Counted from the stretch's first letter, positions 20,380 through 30,909 are shown. The stretch: DNA of 64,000 nucleotides from Bdellovibrio sp. (GCA_036677065.1 JAKFBS010000004.1:128001-192000); one strand, 5' to 3'. Made by a program: numbers and translations. The notes: a model not told the origin generated them from the letters alone.

Positions 20380-21642
20380 CTAAATTCTCTTAAAAATTTC
20401 TGCAGTCCACGAAAAAGGGCTAACGGCGTTATCAAGTTTTTTAAATAAAATATTTAAATGGCCTGTCCACTCAAGTTTTTCTTCTTTCACTTTGTGTAAA
20501 AGAATATCGTAGCCCAGTTTGTTGACGATAAAATCCTGAATAATCTTTAAATCAAAAGGCTCTTCATAATGGGCCTGGCCTTTTTCAAGAACTTTAAATT
20601 GCGATTCAATTTTACTGCATAAAGTGTTTTCAGCTAATTTCGGAAACAGCTGAACTAAGTTTTCTTCTTTTGAAATCGTTTTGTAAAAGGCATCCACAAC
20701 TAAAGTTTTAACAGAGCGGCCTGCTAACATTGGGCCGGGCTCGATCGCCGCCGGAACTTTAGAAAACACTAAATGACCTGATGAATGGATTTTAACTTCA
20801 GAAAAAGGGTGAATACCGATCGCTTCTGATTCGATATGATCGTAATTCACATTACCCCAGGGGCTTTTCCAAACGGGCGAAGTTTTATCTTTCATCACGA
20901 TCCAGCGCTCTAAATCGGTATGGATAAGTAAATCTTTTTTATTTTTCTTAAAAGAGTGGTGTAAAAACTGATCCGCACTGAAGTACAGATCAATATTTTC
21001 AAAATCTTTTTGAAATTGATTTTTAACCCAGAAATGAATTTCAGGTTCACCAAGACAAGCTTTGATTTCGCTGACGATTTCTTCTTTAGTGCCTTCAGAA
21101 CCTGCATTAATTAAAGTTCTGCGTAATGAATTTAAATTATCAGGTTCGGGATTTTTAAAAACAGAAAATTTATTTTCAATAAAGAAATTTTCAATCGAAG
21201 TTACTTGCTCTTCAGAAAACTGGCTTAAAGAGATCACGACTTTGTTCGCTTCGGCATTAATTTTTTTAACTCGGTCTAACTCGGTTTTTAAATGATCAAG
21301 CGTAAAAGTTTTATTCAGCGGAATAATTAACGCCGCTGCAGCTAACGATAAGCAGGTTGAATCTTCGAAAGTGTAATTGTTTTCTTGGTGTTCATTTAAA
21401 ACCTGAATAACACTGCCACCTAGGCGAAATGATTTTAGACGGTCTAAATATTTTGTAACAATGTAAACCGACGAAACTGTGTGTTCAGCGGTTAAAGGTT
21501 TAATGTGTTGATTTAAAATGGACTTCAATGATGTCTGCGGTAAGAAGAATGTTTTTTTCAACAAAATACTATTAGAGCCACTGCGGGCTTCGATTTCCGC
21601 GTAGGATTCTCCTAAATAAATTGCAAGTGAAGCATTGGACAT
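20380..21642 (-). CDS. Divergent hydantoinase A/oxoprolinase-like protein
   Basis: AAIEPGPMLAGRSVKTLVVDA resembles SAGA.PGP.CYG.GG..PTVTDA, and RRTLINA resembles R..T...NA. Abuts the B-like gene. Start moved to ATG 21642. Confidence 0.55.
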   Translation of the reverse strand: MSNASLAIYLGESYAEIEARSGSNSILLKKTFFLPQTSLKSILNQHIKPLTAEHTVSSVYIVTKYLDRLKSFRLGGSVIQVLNEHQENNYTFEDSTCLSLAAAALIIPLNKTFTLDHLKTELDRVKKINAEANKVVISLSQFSEEQVTSIENFFIENKFSVFKNPEPDNLNSLRRTLINAGSEGTKEEIVSEIKACLGEPEIHFWVKNQFQKDFENIDLYFSADQFLHHSFKKNKKDLLIHTDLERWIVMKDKTSPVWKSPWGNVNYDHIESEAIGIHPFSEVKIHSSGHLVFSKVPAAIEPGPMLAGRSVKTLVVDAFYKTISKEENLVQLFPKLAENTLCSKIESQFKVLEKGQAHYEEPFDLKIIQDFIVNKLGYDILLHKVKEEKLEWTGHLNILFKKLDNAVSPFSWTAEIFKRI

Positions 21643-21689
21643 ATTAAGTTGGTCTATGTTAGAGATAGTTACATTAAGGGTCAATAACT

Positions 21690-22808
21690 ATGAAAGTATC
21701 TGCAGAAATTTTAAGTCTAGTGCCATACAAACCAGGTAAACCCATCAGCGAAGTTCAGCGCGAATATGGTTTAACTGAAGTTCATAAATTGGCCAGCAAC
21801 GAAAATCCGTTGGGTCCAAGTCCTAAAGCAGTACAGGCGATTCAAAAAGCCCTAACTGAGCAGCATCGTTATCCAGATCCTTCTTGTTATGACTTGGTTC
21901 AAAAAATCTCGGAAAAATGGAACGTTCCTGCCACTCAAGTGGGAATCGGTAACGGTTCAAACGAGATCATTGATCTTTTAATTCGTATTTTTTGCGAACC
22001 AGGTGATTCGATCTTAACAACTGAAGCCGCTTTCGTGGCTTATAAAGTGTGTGCACAAGCAGCACGTGTGAAAGTCAGAACTGTTCCACTACGTCCTGAT
22101 TTATCGATGGATTTAAAGGCCATGGCCGATGATTTTTATCGCAATCCAGCCTCAAAAACTCAATTGATTTTTATTCCTAATCCGAACAATCCAACAGGAA
22201 CATCAGTGGGCGGAGCAGAGATGGATGAGTTTTTAACTCGTCTTGGAAACCGTGATGACGTGTTATTAATTTTTGATGAAGCCTACACTGAATATGTGCG
22301 CGATCCGCAATTTAAAGCAGCAGCGAATTTCTATCAAAAATATACAAACGTAATCGTGATTAAAACGTTTTCTAAAGTGTACGGTTTAGCCGGATTACGC
22401 TTAGGCGCAATGTTGGCGCCAGAATTCGTATTAGAGCTGTATAATCGCGTAAGAAATCCATTCAATGTGAATGAATTAGCGCAAGTGGCGGGTATTGCAG
22501 CACTTGATGATATTGAATACATGCAAGCTTCGCAAAAATCAGTGTGGGATGGTTTAGATTTTTTCTATAAAGAATTAACCAGACTTAAACTTCCGTTCTT
22601 TAAATCAGAAGCGAATTTTGTGTTATTTGACACGCAAAGAAACGCTGAGGCCTGCTTTAAAAACCTCCTGCAAAAAGGCATAATTTTACGCCCAGTTGGC
22701 AACTATGGTTTTCCGACCTATTTACGTATGACTGTTGGCCAAGCTGTAGAAAATCAAAAGGCCATCGCTGCAATCGAACAAATGCTAACTGAGGTTCCAA
22801 AGCTATAG
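21690..22808 (+). CDS. hisC: Histidinol-phosphate aminotransferase
   Basis: YKPGKP, KLASNENPLG, NPNNPTG, DEAY and TFSKVYGLAGLRLG. Confidence 0.93.
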   Translation: MKVSAEILSLVPYKPGKPISEVQREYGLTEVHKLASNENPLGPSPKAVQAIQKALTEQHRYPDPSCYDLVQKISEKWNVPATQVGIGNGSNEIIDLLIRIFCEPGDSILTTEAAFVAYKVCAQAARVKVRTVPLRPDLSMDLKAMADDFYRNPASKTQLIFIPNPNNPTGTSVGGAEMDEFLTRLGNRDDVLLIFDEAYTEYVRDPQFKAAANFYQKYTNVIVIKTFSKVYGLAGLRLGAMLAPEFVLELYNRVRNPFNVNELAQVAGIAALDDIEYMQASQKSVWDGLDFFYKELTRLKLPFFKSEANFVLFDTQRNAEACFKNLLQKGIILRPVGNYGFPTYLRMTVGQAVENQKAIAAIEQMLTEVPKL

Positions 22809-22890
22809 TCTTTACTGTCTATAATCCTGACAGTGTTTAATCAAATCAAACTCTAGTAATATCCCCTGATTGTAAATGTAAGGGGATATA

Positions 22891-25581
22891 ATGACGTTAT
22901 TAAAACGCCTGTCTTTAGTGGTAATTATTGGATTCGCGGTATCTGCGTGTGCGCCTAAAGACGAAAAAACGACTATCGTTAAAGAACGTCAGGCTTCAGA
23001 AAATCTAGCTGAATCTATGCAGTTAACTGCTTCAGGGGAATCAACGTTAGTTCTGCAGAAAAGCGCTTTAGGTAAAGCCTTTTTAATGACGCCGTCGCTG
23101 GTGTTGTCAAAACGCACACCTGACTTTAATGATTTTAAACCACAAATTATTTCTTTTGAACGTTCAGCCAGCCGTCTGGGAATGTTTCGTTTAAGTTCGA
23201 ATAATCTTTACAGCTCTATTCCTACAGATAAGTTACTTCAGACTTTTCATATCGTTAAAGAAACATCTGAGACTTTAACAATTGATATTAGTGCGGGTTT
23301 TAGAAATTTAAGTTTCGAAGAGCATTTAAGCATCGTTGAGCGTGAGGCGATTGATAAGCAACAATCTGTTACAGGTGAAGGATACGAAGTTACTGCTGAT
23401 ATCAAAGAGGCTTTGATCCGCAAATCAGAAATCACTGATAATACAATGTATATCGAACAAGCTGTGCGTTTTGGAAGTTTGCCGATCGTGCAATCAGAAG
23501 AAGAAGCGCAAGCTTCGCAGGCAGCAAGTCCATTTCAAGTCGCCTTAACTGCAAAAGTGATTGTTGAAATTAAGCCCTATGTGATGAATCAAGAATTTAA
23601 GTCACAACTTTTTGATAAAACTCAACGCGTGGGATTTTTCATAAATTTCGCAACTCTTGCCGAGCAAGAAGCGGCTCTGCCACAGATTACAAAATGGGAC
23701 ATTTCAGAAAAACGTGCACCAATTGTAGTAGCGCTTGAAGAAAATATTCCGGCTGAAGTTTCTGATGCTGTGGCCGAAGGAATTACTTATTGGAATAAAG
23801 TTATCGGACGCGAAGTTTTAACGATTCGTAAAGGTTTTAAGGCTACTGATCGCGTGAGTGATCGCATGATTATTATCCGTTGGGTGCAGTGGGATTCTGC
23901 GGGTTTTGCTTACGCTTCAATGCAGGCAGATCCAATGACGGGCGAAATTTTACGCGCGCAAGTTTTTATGACATCTTCATGGCTTAAAATGCTGCAAACA
24001 GAACTTAAGGTTCCCTTATCAGGCAAAGCTGCAAAAAATAAAAGTGGTCTGTGTGTGATGGAACAAAGTAAAATCCAGACAGCACACGCACTGACGAATT
24101 TATCAGGCGCGCATAAATTAAAATTCACGCAAGATACCATTAGAATGGTTGTGGCTCACGAAATGGGTCACGTTATGGGGCTTCGTCATAATTTTGCCGG
24201 TTCTTTTAATCATGAAGGCAGCGATGAAGATCTTTTAAAAGCACAGACCGATTATTTAACGGATGAAAATCACCCGGGTTTTCCGTTTGCATCAACTGTT
24301 ATGGATTACGAGCGTGGTCTGTATACAGCCTTATTAGGAGCGCAGATTAAACATTCGGTGCTACCTTACGATTCAGCAGCGATCGGTTGGGGTTATAAAA
24401 ATCAAAAAATCGAACTGGTAAAAAACACTTATTGTTCTGATGAACATATTGCGATCGCCAACGCAAATAATGCAGAGGTGTACGGTTGTGAAAGATTTGA
24501 TGCCTTAAAAAATCCAACGCTGGGCGCGCAGCAGTCTGTTCAGTCAGCTATTGATAATGTCGTTAGTAAGAAGTTTCGCGATTTATTGTCTATTCAAAAT
24601 AATAACGATCCTTATAAAAAATCGTTGAGTGTTGAAGAGTCGGCATCGCTTATTTTTGTACCAGTAGATCTAGGTCAGTTGGAACATATTTTATTTGCGC
24701 CAAAAGATAAAACTACAGTGATTTCTATAGAGACAGCACTTTCTTCATTTCAATCAAGTTATTCGATGAAGGGCGATTTGCAATCCGAGTACTCTATCGA
24801 AAGTAAAATGTTTGAAGATTTAAAGTCGATTGGCGGAGTATCTGGTTTAATTTCAAATTGGTTGAAATTGCCAAGCCAAACAACTGGTGGATTTCAAACG
24901 ATTCAAAATCAAGTCGCAGATTTTTTTACAAAATTAGATGCGCCTCAATCCGGCTTCGAACAAAGTATGCTCATCGTGATTTCGAATAAAATGTTAGAGT
25001 CTGCTAAAAAAGAAGATGAAAAACTTTTATCGACGGTCATGGTGAAGTTTGTTCCGGTGTATAAAGGAAATTATAACTTCAAAACTATTGAAGAATATAA
25101 AGATTCGCAAAAAAATCCGGATAAGTATCCAGCTCCGATTATGCGTTACCGCAGTAACGTAAAATTAGGTGATGCAAAATTATTAATGAGCTTATTCAAA
25201 GAGGCTGTTCTTTCTGGTAAAGACGCCGCTAAAAAAGTAACTGTGAATAGCCAAGAATTAGAAATTCAATTGTTGGGCTATTCTAATTATAACCGTGACA
25301 CTTTAATCAAAGCTTTCATTTTAGAAAATTGGTCTACCGGATTACAGGGTGAAATTAGCGCTCCACTTATTGAGCAGACGCAGCTGTTAAAAGAAGCGCT
25401 TGCAGCAAACACTTTAACTGTTTTAAAAGCCTTAGGAAAACCAGTGCCTGCATTAACTAGTGCAGAACTTGTTAAAGCTGTTAAAGAAATCACTTACTCG
25501 CAAATGACGGGAATTTACGCTTTTGAATTAGAGCGTGAATTATCAGTGCTTGAAAAACTAGAAAACGCTAAGCCCGAGTAG
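22891..25581 (+). CDS. Zinc-dependent metalloprotease lipoprotein (DUF4953/EcxA-like metzincin)
   Basis: Lipobox VSAC; DPMTGEIL, HEMGHVMGLRHNF and Met-turn STVMDY. Confidence 0.85.
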   Translation: MTLLKRLSLVVIIGFAVSACAPKDEKTTIVKERQASENLAESMQLTASGESTLVLQKSALGKAFLMTPSLVLSKRTPDFNDFKPQIISFERSASRLGMFRLSSNNLYSSIPTDKLLQTFHIVKETSETLTIDISAGFRNLSFEEHLSIVEREAIDKQQSVTGEGYEVTADIKEALIRKSEITDNTMYIEQAVRFGSLPIVQSEEEAQASQAASPFQVALTAKVIVEIKPYVMNQEFKSQLFDKTQRVGFFINFATLAEQEAALPQITKWDISEKRAPIVVALEENIPAEVSDAVAEGITYWNKVIGREVLTIRKGFKATDRVSDRMIIIRWVQWDSAGFAYASMQADPMTGEILRAQVFMTSSWLKMLQTELKVPLSGKAAKNKSGLCVMEQSKIQTAHALTNLSGAHKLKFTQDTIRMVVAHEMGHVMGLRHNFAGSFNHEGSDEDLLKAQTDYLTDENHPGFPFASTVMDYERGLYTALLGAQIKHSVLPYDSAAIGWGYKNQKIELVKNTYCSDEHIAIANANNAEVYGCERFDALKNPTLGAQQSVQSAIDNVVSKKFRDLLSIQNNNDPYKKSLSVEESASLIFVPVDLGQLEHILFAPKDKTTVISIETALSSFQSSYSMKGDLQSEYSIESKMFEDLKSIGGVSGLISNWLKLPSQTTGGFQTIQNQVADFFTKLDAPQSGFEQSMLIVISNKMLESAKKEDEKLLSTVMVKFVPVYKGNYNFKTIEEYKDSQKNPDKYPAPIMRYRSNVKLGDAKLLMSLFKEAVLSGKDAAKKVTVNSQELEIQLLGYSNYNRDTLIKAFILENWSTGLQGEISAPLIEQTQLLKEALAANTLTVLKALGKPVPALTSAELVKAVKEITYSQMTGIYAFELERELSVLEKLENAKPE

Positions 25582-25626
25582 TTAATTGTTTACATTATTC
25601 CGGCCGTTAAGGTAGGTTACCTTCCC

Positions 25627-26286
25627 ATGGGTTATGTGATCACAATCGATGGGCCAGCGGCTTCGGGCAAATCTTCGCTCAGTCGTGAACTCTCTAAAAA
25701 ACTAGGCTGTCCGTGGGTTTCGACGGGCGCATTTTACCGCGGCTTAGGCTATGCGGCGCTGCAGCTTAAAACTGATCTTGCTGACCCTGTGGCTTTATCA
25801 GAATTGTGTAACTCAAATATCTGGGAAGTCCGCTTAGCTTATGAGCGCACCCAAGTTTACTTTAATAATGAAAATGTAACTGACCAAATTGCCCAAGAAG
25901 CGGTTGGTAATGTGGCCAGCAAAATTAGCCATTACCCAGAAGTGCGCCAATCACTTTTGGATCATCAACGCAATTGCGCCCTTATCAATGACGGTTTAAT
26001 TGCCGAAGGCCGTGACTGCGGCACTGTGGTATTTCCGCATGCCGAAGTTAAGCTTTATGTGACCGCAGACTCTGAAAACCGCGCCCAGAGAAGAGCTCAA
26101 GAGTTAGGCATGGACGAGAAAACCCTTGTTCAGCAGCAACAGATTCGCGATAAGCAGGATTCGACTCGTAAAACAGCTCCCTTGTCAGTGCCGGCGGATG
26201 CCCTTGTGATCGACACAACATCGATGGATTTAGACGCTGTTGTGGCCTATGCTGAAAAGCATATTCGTTCGAAAATCTCTCTCTAA
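25627..26286 (+). CDS. cmk: Cytidylate kinase
   Basis: ITIDGPAASGKS, TGAFYR and EGRDCGTVVFP. Confidence 0.95.
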   Translation: MGYVITIDGPAASGKSSLSRELSKKLGCPWVSTGAFYRGLGYAALQLKTDLADPVALSELCNSNIWEVRLAYERTQVYFNNENVTDQIAQEAVGNVASKISHYPEVRQSLLDHQRNCALINDGLIAEGRDCGTVVFPHAEVKLYVTADSENRAQRRAQELGMDEKTLVQQQQIRDKQDSTRKTAPLSVPADALVIDTTSMDLDAVVAYAEKHIRSKISL

Positions 26287-26407
26287 AAACCGTCCCCAGA
26301 CGTCCCAAAATTCTCCATTGACCAGCTAAATAAACTCCCGTAGAACGACTCTTCAACCTTAGAGTTCCTAGAGGACTCTTTGCGTGAAAAGGAAAAAAAC
26401 AAAAACA

Positions 26408-28198
26408 ATGAACAAAACGTTAAGCAAAAGCCAAAAAGAAAAACTATCAGTACTAGCAATGCTAGATGCTGAAGACTCAAAAATCCCGGAGAATCCAGGT
26501 ATTCACGCGGGTAGTGATAAAAAAGGTGAATTCTCACAAATGTTCGAAGAATTCACAAAAGAACAAGATTTCAAAGTCGGTGACGTAGTTACTGGTTCTG
26601 TAGTTGAAGTTCAGTCAGATTACGTACTAGTTGATATCAACTACAAATCTGAAGGCTTAATCCCAATCAATGAATTCCGTGTAGTAGACGGTGTTCGCCA
26701 AGTTAAAGCTGGCGACAAAATTGAAGTATTAATCGACCGTATCGAAAACGAAAACGGCATGATTGCATTATCTAAAGATAAAGCTGACATGTTACGTGCT
26801 TGGTCTGATATTTCTAAAGCTGCTGAAAACGAAGAAATCATCGAAGGTTTAGTAGTTGCGAAAGTTAAAGGCGGATTATCTGTAGATATCGGCGTTAAAG
26901 CTTTCTTACCTGGTTCACAAATCGATTTACGTCCAGTACGTAACATGGATGTTTACTTAGGCAAAAAATATAAATTTAAAGTTATCAAGTTCAACAAAAA
27001 ACGCGGCAACATCGTATTATCTCGCCGTGCAATTCTTGAACAAGAGCGCGATTCATTAAAAGCTCAAACAGCTGATCAAATGAAAGAGGGCGCTACTGTT
27101 GTCGGTCTTGTGAAAAACATCACTGATTACGGAGCATTCATCGATTTAGGTGGTTTAGACGGTCTATTACATATCACTGATATGTCATGGGGACGTATTA
27201 AACATCCTTCTGAAGTGATCAACGTAGGCGATGAAATCAAAGTTAAAATCTTAAAATACGACACTGAAAAAGAACGCGTATCTTTAGGTATGAAACAATT
27301 AACTGATGATCCATGGGCTAACGTTCAATCTCAATACTCAATCGGTTCTAAACACAAAGGTAAAGTAGTATCAGTAGCTGAGTACGGTGCGTTTGTTGAA
27401 TTAGGCGAAGGTATCGAAGGTTTAATCCACGTATCTGAAATGTCTTGGACAAAACGTGTGAAACACGCGAACCAAATGGTTCAAGTAGATCAAACTGTTG
27501 ATGTACAAGTATTAGCGATCGACACTGAAAATCGTCGTATCTCTTTAGGTATGAAACAACTTCAAGCTAACCCATGGTTAGAAATGAAAGAATCATACCC
27601 TCCAGGAACAATCATTGAAGGTGAAGTTAAATCTATCACTGACTTCGGTGTGTTCGTTGGAATCGAAGAGGGCATTGACGGTCTAGTTCATATTTCTGAT
27701 TTCTCTTGGACAAAACGTGTAAATCATCCATCTGAAATGTTTGCTAAAGGTCAAAAAGTAAGAGCAGTTGTTCTTGGCGTTGACACTGAAAACGAAAGAT
27801 TCTCTTTAGGTATTAAACAACTTGAAGGTGATCCTTGGGCACAAATCGAAACTAAATACGGCATTGGTACTCAGCACGAAGTGAAAGTAACTAAAGTTGT
27901 AGATTTCGGTGCATTCGTTGAACTTGAATCAGACATCGAAGGTTTAATCCATATCTCTGAGTTAACAACTGATAAAGTTGGCAATGTTGAAGACGTTGTA
28001 AAACCAGGCGATAAAATTAAAGCTGAAGTGATCACGATTGATAAAGACGCACGTAAAGTGGGTTTATCAGCGAAACTTATTAAACTTCGCGAACAAAAAG
28101 GCGATGTTGAAGAGTACGTTAAAAAAGCTACAGCTACTTCAAAAACTAGCTTAGGCGATTTATTCGGCGATCAATTAAAAGGTCTTAAAAAAGACTAA
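26408..28198 (+). CDS. rpsA: 30S ribosomal protein S1
   Basis: Repeated S1 domains (DYGAFIDLGG, GLLHI.D.SW); follows cmk. Start moved to ATG 26408. Confidence 0.97.
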   Translation: MNKTLSKSQKEKLSVLAMLDAEDSKIPENPGIHAGSDKKGEFSQMFEEFTKEQDFKVGDVVTGSVVEVQSDYVLVDINYKSEGLIPINEFRVVDGVRQVKAGDKIEVLIDRIENENGMIALSKDKADMLRAWSDISKAAENEEIIEGLVVAKVKGGLSVDIGVKAFLPGSQIDLRPVRNMDVYLGKKYKFKVIKFNKKRGNIVLSRRAILEQERDSLKAQTADQMKEGATVVGLVKNITDYGAFIDLGGLDGLLHITDMSWGRIKHPSEVINVGDEIKVKILKYDTEKERVSLGMKQLTDDPWANVQSQYSIGSKHKGKVVSVAEYGAFVELGEGIEGLIHVSEMSWTKRVKHANQMVQVDQTVDVQVLAIDTENRRISLGMKQLQANPWLEMKESYPPGTIIEGEVKSITDFGVFVGIEEGIDGLVHISDFSWTKRVNHPSEMFAKGQKVRAVVLGVDTENERFSLGIKQLEGDPWAQIETKYGIGTQHEVKVTKVVDFGAFVELESDIEGLIHISELTTDKVGNVEDVVKPGDKIKAEVITIDKDARKVGLSAKLIKLREQKGDVEEYVKKATATSKTSLGDLFGDQLKGLKKD

Positions 28199-28225
28199 TT
28201 AGCTGACGTAAAGATATATTCTTTG

Positions 28226-28258
28226 AACCCGCATTCTTAACGGAATGCGGGTTTTTTT
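28226..28258 (+). terminator. Intrinsic terminator after rpsA
   Basis: AACCCGCATTC-ttaacg-GAATGCGGGTT followed by a T-run. Confidence 0.9.
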
Positions 28259-28530
28259 ATTTCTGAACTGGCTTGCCGACTACGCGCTGAAGTGGATGAT
28301 CTCTTTAACTAAACAATGGGTCAGCTTGTTGAACCGGAAATTGCTGCGCAATTCCCGGTTTCCGTTTGGGGGAACGGGAGAGTATTTGGCGTTGTTCGTG
28401 TCGAAAACGGAGTGTGTTTAGCTCCGTCACAACTTTTCTTAATAACGCATTCTGACGACGGTCAACTTCCGGCTTTGAGGACTTTCTTTTTTTTACCGTT
28501 TGATTAGACTTAATAGATACGAGGTTCAAT

Positions 28531-29520
28531 ATGTCTTTACGTAAAATGATCGTGCTTGGTGTGTTTATTGGTTTCGCGGTTTATTTAGGTTACCGCGGTT
28601 ATAAAGTAGCTACGACTTCAATTGCTGATGTCGAAGATGCTCCTTTGAATTTAAGTAAAAATGAAATTCTGCATTTAGAAATTAATGGCGTTATTATGAA
28701 CGGCAAAAAATTTCTTTCTAATTTGAAAAAGTATGCTGACGAAGAAGCTGTTAAAGCGATCGTTATCGAAATTAATTCTCCGGGCGGGGCTGTTGGCCCA
28801 TCGCAAGAATTGTTTCTTGAAATTAAGCGCGCTAAAGAAGAGCACGGTAAACCTGTCATTTGTGTATCGACAGGTTTGATTGCCAGTGGTGGTTATTATG
28901 CGGCGATGGCTTGTGATCAGTTGATTGTGGCTCCGGGCACGATGATTGGTTCTATCGGTGTAATTATGGAATTTGCTAATCTTGAAGATCTATATTCATG
29001 GGCTAAAGTAAAACGTTACACGATCACATCGGGTAAATTTAAAGATTCAGGTTCTGAATATCGTGCTATGCGCGATGATGAACGTAAATTATTTCAGGAA
29101 ATGATTAACGAAGTTTACGAACAATTTCGTAATACTGTAGCTGAGGCGCGTGGCTTAGAGATTCCGTTTGTGGCTCAGTATGCTGATGGCCGCGTTATGA
29201 CCGGTGCAAAAGCTGTTGAATTAAAATTTGCTGACTCTATTGGTACATTTGAAGATGCGATTCGTATGGCAGCTTCAAAAGTTGGATTAAAAGAAGATGA
29301 GTATCACGTGTTGCGTCCTCGTCGTGCGCGCCCTTCGTTTTTATCTTTTTTTACTGATGATGAAGATGGTGATGATTTAAATTCTATTTCTAAATCTGAA
29401 TTACAGGCGGCTATTAAAGGTGATCTTGCCTCTAAGTCTGTTGAACAGGCTTTAAAATCTGTATTTAAATTGAAAACGCTTAATCAGCCAATGATGATTA
29501 TGCCAGGATACTGGGAGTAA
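28531..29520 (+). CDS. sppA: Signal peptide peptidase SppA, 36K type
   Basis: INSPGG, ASGGYY, GSIGVI and SGKFKD. Confidence 0.93.
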   Translation: MSLRKMIVLGVFIGFAVYLGYRGYKVATTSIADVEDAPLNLSKNEILHLEINGVIMNGKKFLSNLKKYADEEAVKAIVIEINSPGGAVGPSQELFLEIKRAKEEHGKPVICVSTGLIASGGYYAAMACDQLIVAPGTMIGSIGVIMEFANLEDLYSWAKVKRYTITSGKFKDSGSEYRAMRDDERKLFQEMINEVYEQFRNTVAEARGLEIPFVAQYADGRVMTGAKAVELKFADSIGTFEDAIRMAASKVGLKEDEYHVLRPRRARPSFLSFFTDDEDGDDLNSISKSELQAAIKGDLASKSVEQALKSVFKLKTLNQPMMIMPGYWE

Positions 29521-29526
29521 TCGTCA

Positions 29527-30090
29527 GTGGCAGCCAAAGCAACAGCTAAAGTAAATAAGTTAGCGCATGTAAAGATGGATAAAGAAATTTGGCCGATCGA
29601 GCGCGATATTTTTTATCGTCCGGGTCGAATGAAGTATGTGCGTAAAATTATTAAACCAAGTGGTTGCGTTTTTTGTACGTCGGCGGCAAAAAAAGAAAGT
29701 ATTCAGACACTTTGTGTTTATAAAACTCAGTACACTCAAGTTGTGGTAAATAAGTTTCCGTATAATAATGGTCACCTTTTAGTTTTGCCACTTCGTCACA
29801 CCGGCGATTTGTTGTCGCTGACTGAAGCTGAATACACTGATTTGCATGCGGTTTTACGTTTATCAATAGAAGCCATTAAAGCTATGTATAATCCGAATGG
29901 TTTAAATATTGGAATGAATCACGGAGCCACAAGTGGCGCTGGTATTCCGGATCATTTGCATTATCACATTGTGCCACGCTGGAACGGCGATCTTAATTTT
30001 TTTCCGTTGATTGCTGAAACAAAATTAGTGATCGAGAATCCGAAGCAGACCTACAGTAAACTTAAAAAATATTTTCAGAAAAACGGTTAG
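29527..30090 (+). CDS. HIT family hydrolase (FHIT/Ap4A-like)
   Basis: CVFC, NKFPYNNGH and HLHYHIVPRW. Confidence 0.9.
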   Translation: MAAKATAKVNKLAHVKMDKEIWPIERDIFYRPGRMKYVRKIIKPSGCVFCTSAAKKESIQTLCVYKTQYTQVVVNKFPYNNGHLLVLPLRHTGDLLSLTEAEYTDLHAVLRLSIEAIKAMYNPNGLNIGMNHGATSGAGIPDHLHYHIVPRWNGDLNFFPLIAETKLVIENPKQTYSKLKKYFQKNG

Positions 30091-30103
30091 GCGGAAATTT
30101 TAT

Positions 30104-30850
30104 ATGACATCTTTTTCTGTAGCTCCAATGTCGCCGGTAGTAAAAAAATTATTAATCATCAACGCTTTTATTTGGGTTGTGGTGCAAATATTTCTGGATC
30201 GCGCGTTTGATTTTCACCACTGGCGTTTATTAATTTTAGTGCCAGAATTAGTAATTGAAAAATTTTACGTCTGGCAATTAGTGACGTACCAATTTTTTCA
30301 CGCGATTTCGCCGTTTCATTTGTTCTTCAATATGTTGATGTTGTGGTTCTTCGGTTCTGAATTAGAGCGCCGCTGGGGCAGTAAATTTTTTACATTTTAC
30401 TATCTGGCAAGTGGCGCAGGCGCTGCGATTATCTATTGCATCGGCGTGGCTATTTATGCTGCGATGACTGGTTTTAGACCGGTCTTATTAACTCCGGTGT
30501 TGGGGGCTTCGGGCTCATTGTTCGGTTTACTATTGGCGTACGGGATTATTTATGCAGACCGTGAAATGTACTTTATGGGGTTTTTTCCGATAAAAGCTAA
30601 ATACTTTGTGATTATTGCTGGTGCTATGGATATGGCCTCTTTAGTAGGAACAGGCTTTGCCGGCGGTGAGGTGGCCTATTTAGCCCATTTAGGAGGCATT
30701 GCTTCGGGTTACATGATTTTGCGTGGTCATGTTCAATATAAGAACTATCAGGCAAAAACTAAGTTGAAGCGTAAGGCATCAAATCTGCGTTTAGTCGTCG
30801 ACAACGAAAAGACCACCAAGGATAGCAATAACCCGAAATACTGGAACTAG
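30104..30850 (+). CDS. Rhomboid family intramembrane serine protease
   Basis: WQLVTY.F.H, HLFFNM, GASG and AHLGG. Confidence 0.92.
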   Translation: MTSFSVAPMSPVVKKLLIINAFIWVVVQIFLDRAFDFHHWRLLILVPELVIEKFYVWQLVTYQFFHAISPFHLFFNMLMLWFFGSELERRWGSKFFTFYYLASGAGAAIIYCIGVAIYAAMTGFRPVLLTPVLGASGSLFGLLLAYGIIYADREMYFMGFFPIKAKYFVIIAGAMDMASLVGTGFAGGEVAYLAHLGGIASGYMILRGHVQYKNYQAKTKLKRKASNLRLVVDNEKTTKDSNNPKYWN

Positions 30851-30886
30851 TGACCGATTGACTGATCGGTCAGGTTGCTTTAAAAC
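30851..30886 (+). promoter_or_regulatory. Sigma70-like promoter overlapped by a palindromic operator-like site
   Basis: TTGACT (30858-63), N17, TAAAAC (30881-86). Inverted repeat TGACCGAT-N6-ATCGGTCA at 30851-72. Confidence 0.5.
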
Positions 30887-30909
30887 TGTTATTCGTTCTT
30901 GGAGGACCT

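Noticed and set aside
26408..28198. Internal repeats such as TCTTGGACAAAACGTGT
   Set aside because: Explained by the repeated S1 domains of RpsA; not CRISPR or mobile repeats.
28260..28530. 270-bp gap after the rpsA terminator with ORFs 28316..28507 (+) and 28305..28529 (-)
   Set aside because: No convincing SD, motif or RNA structure; unresolved and not called.
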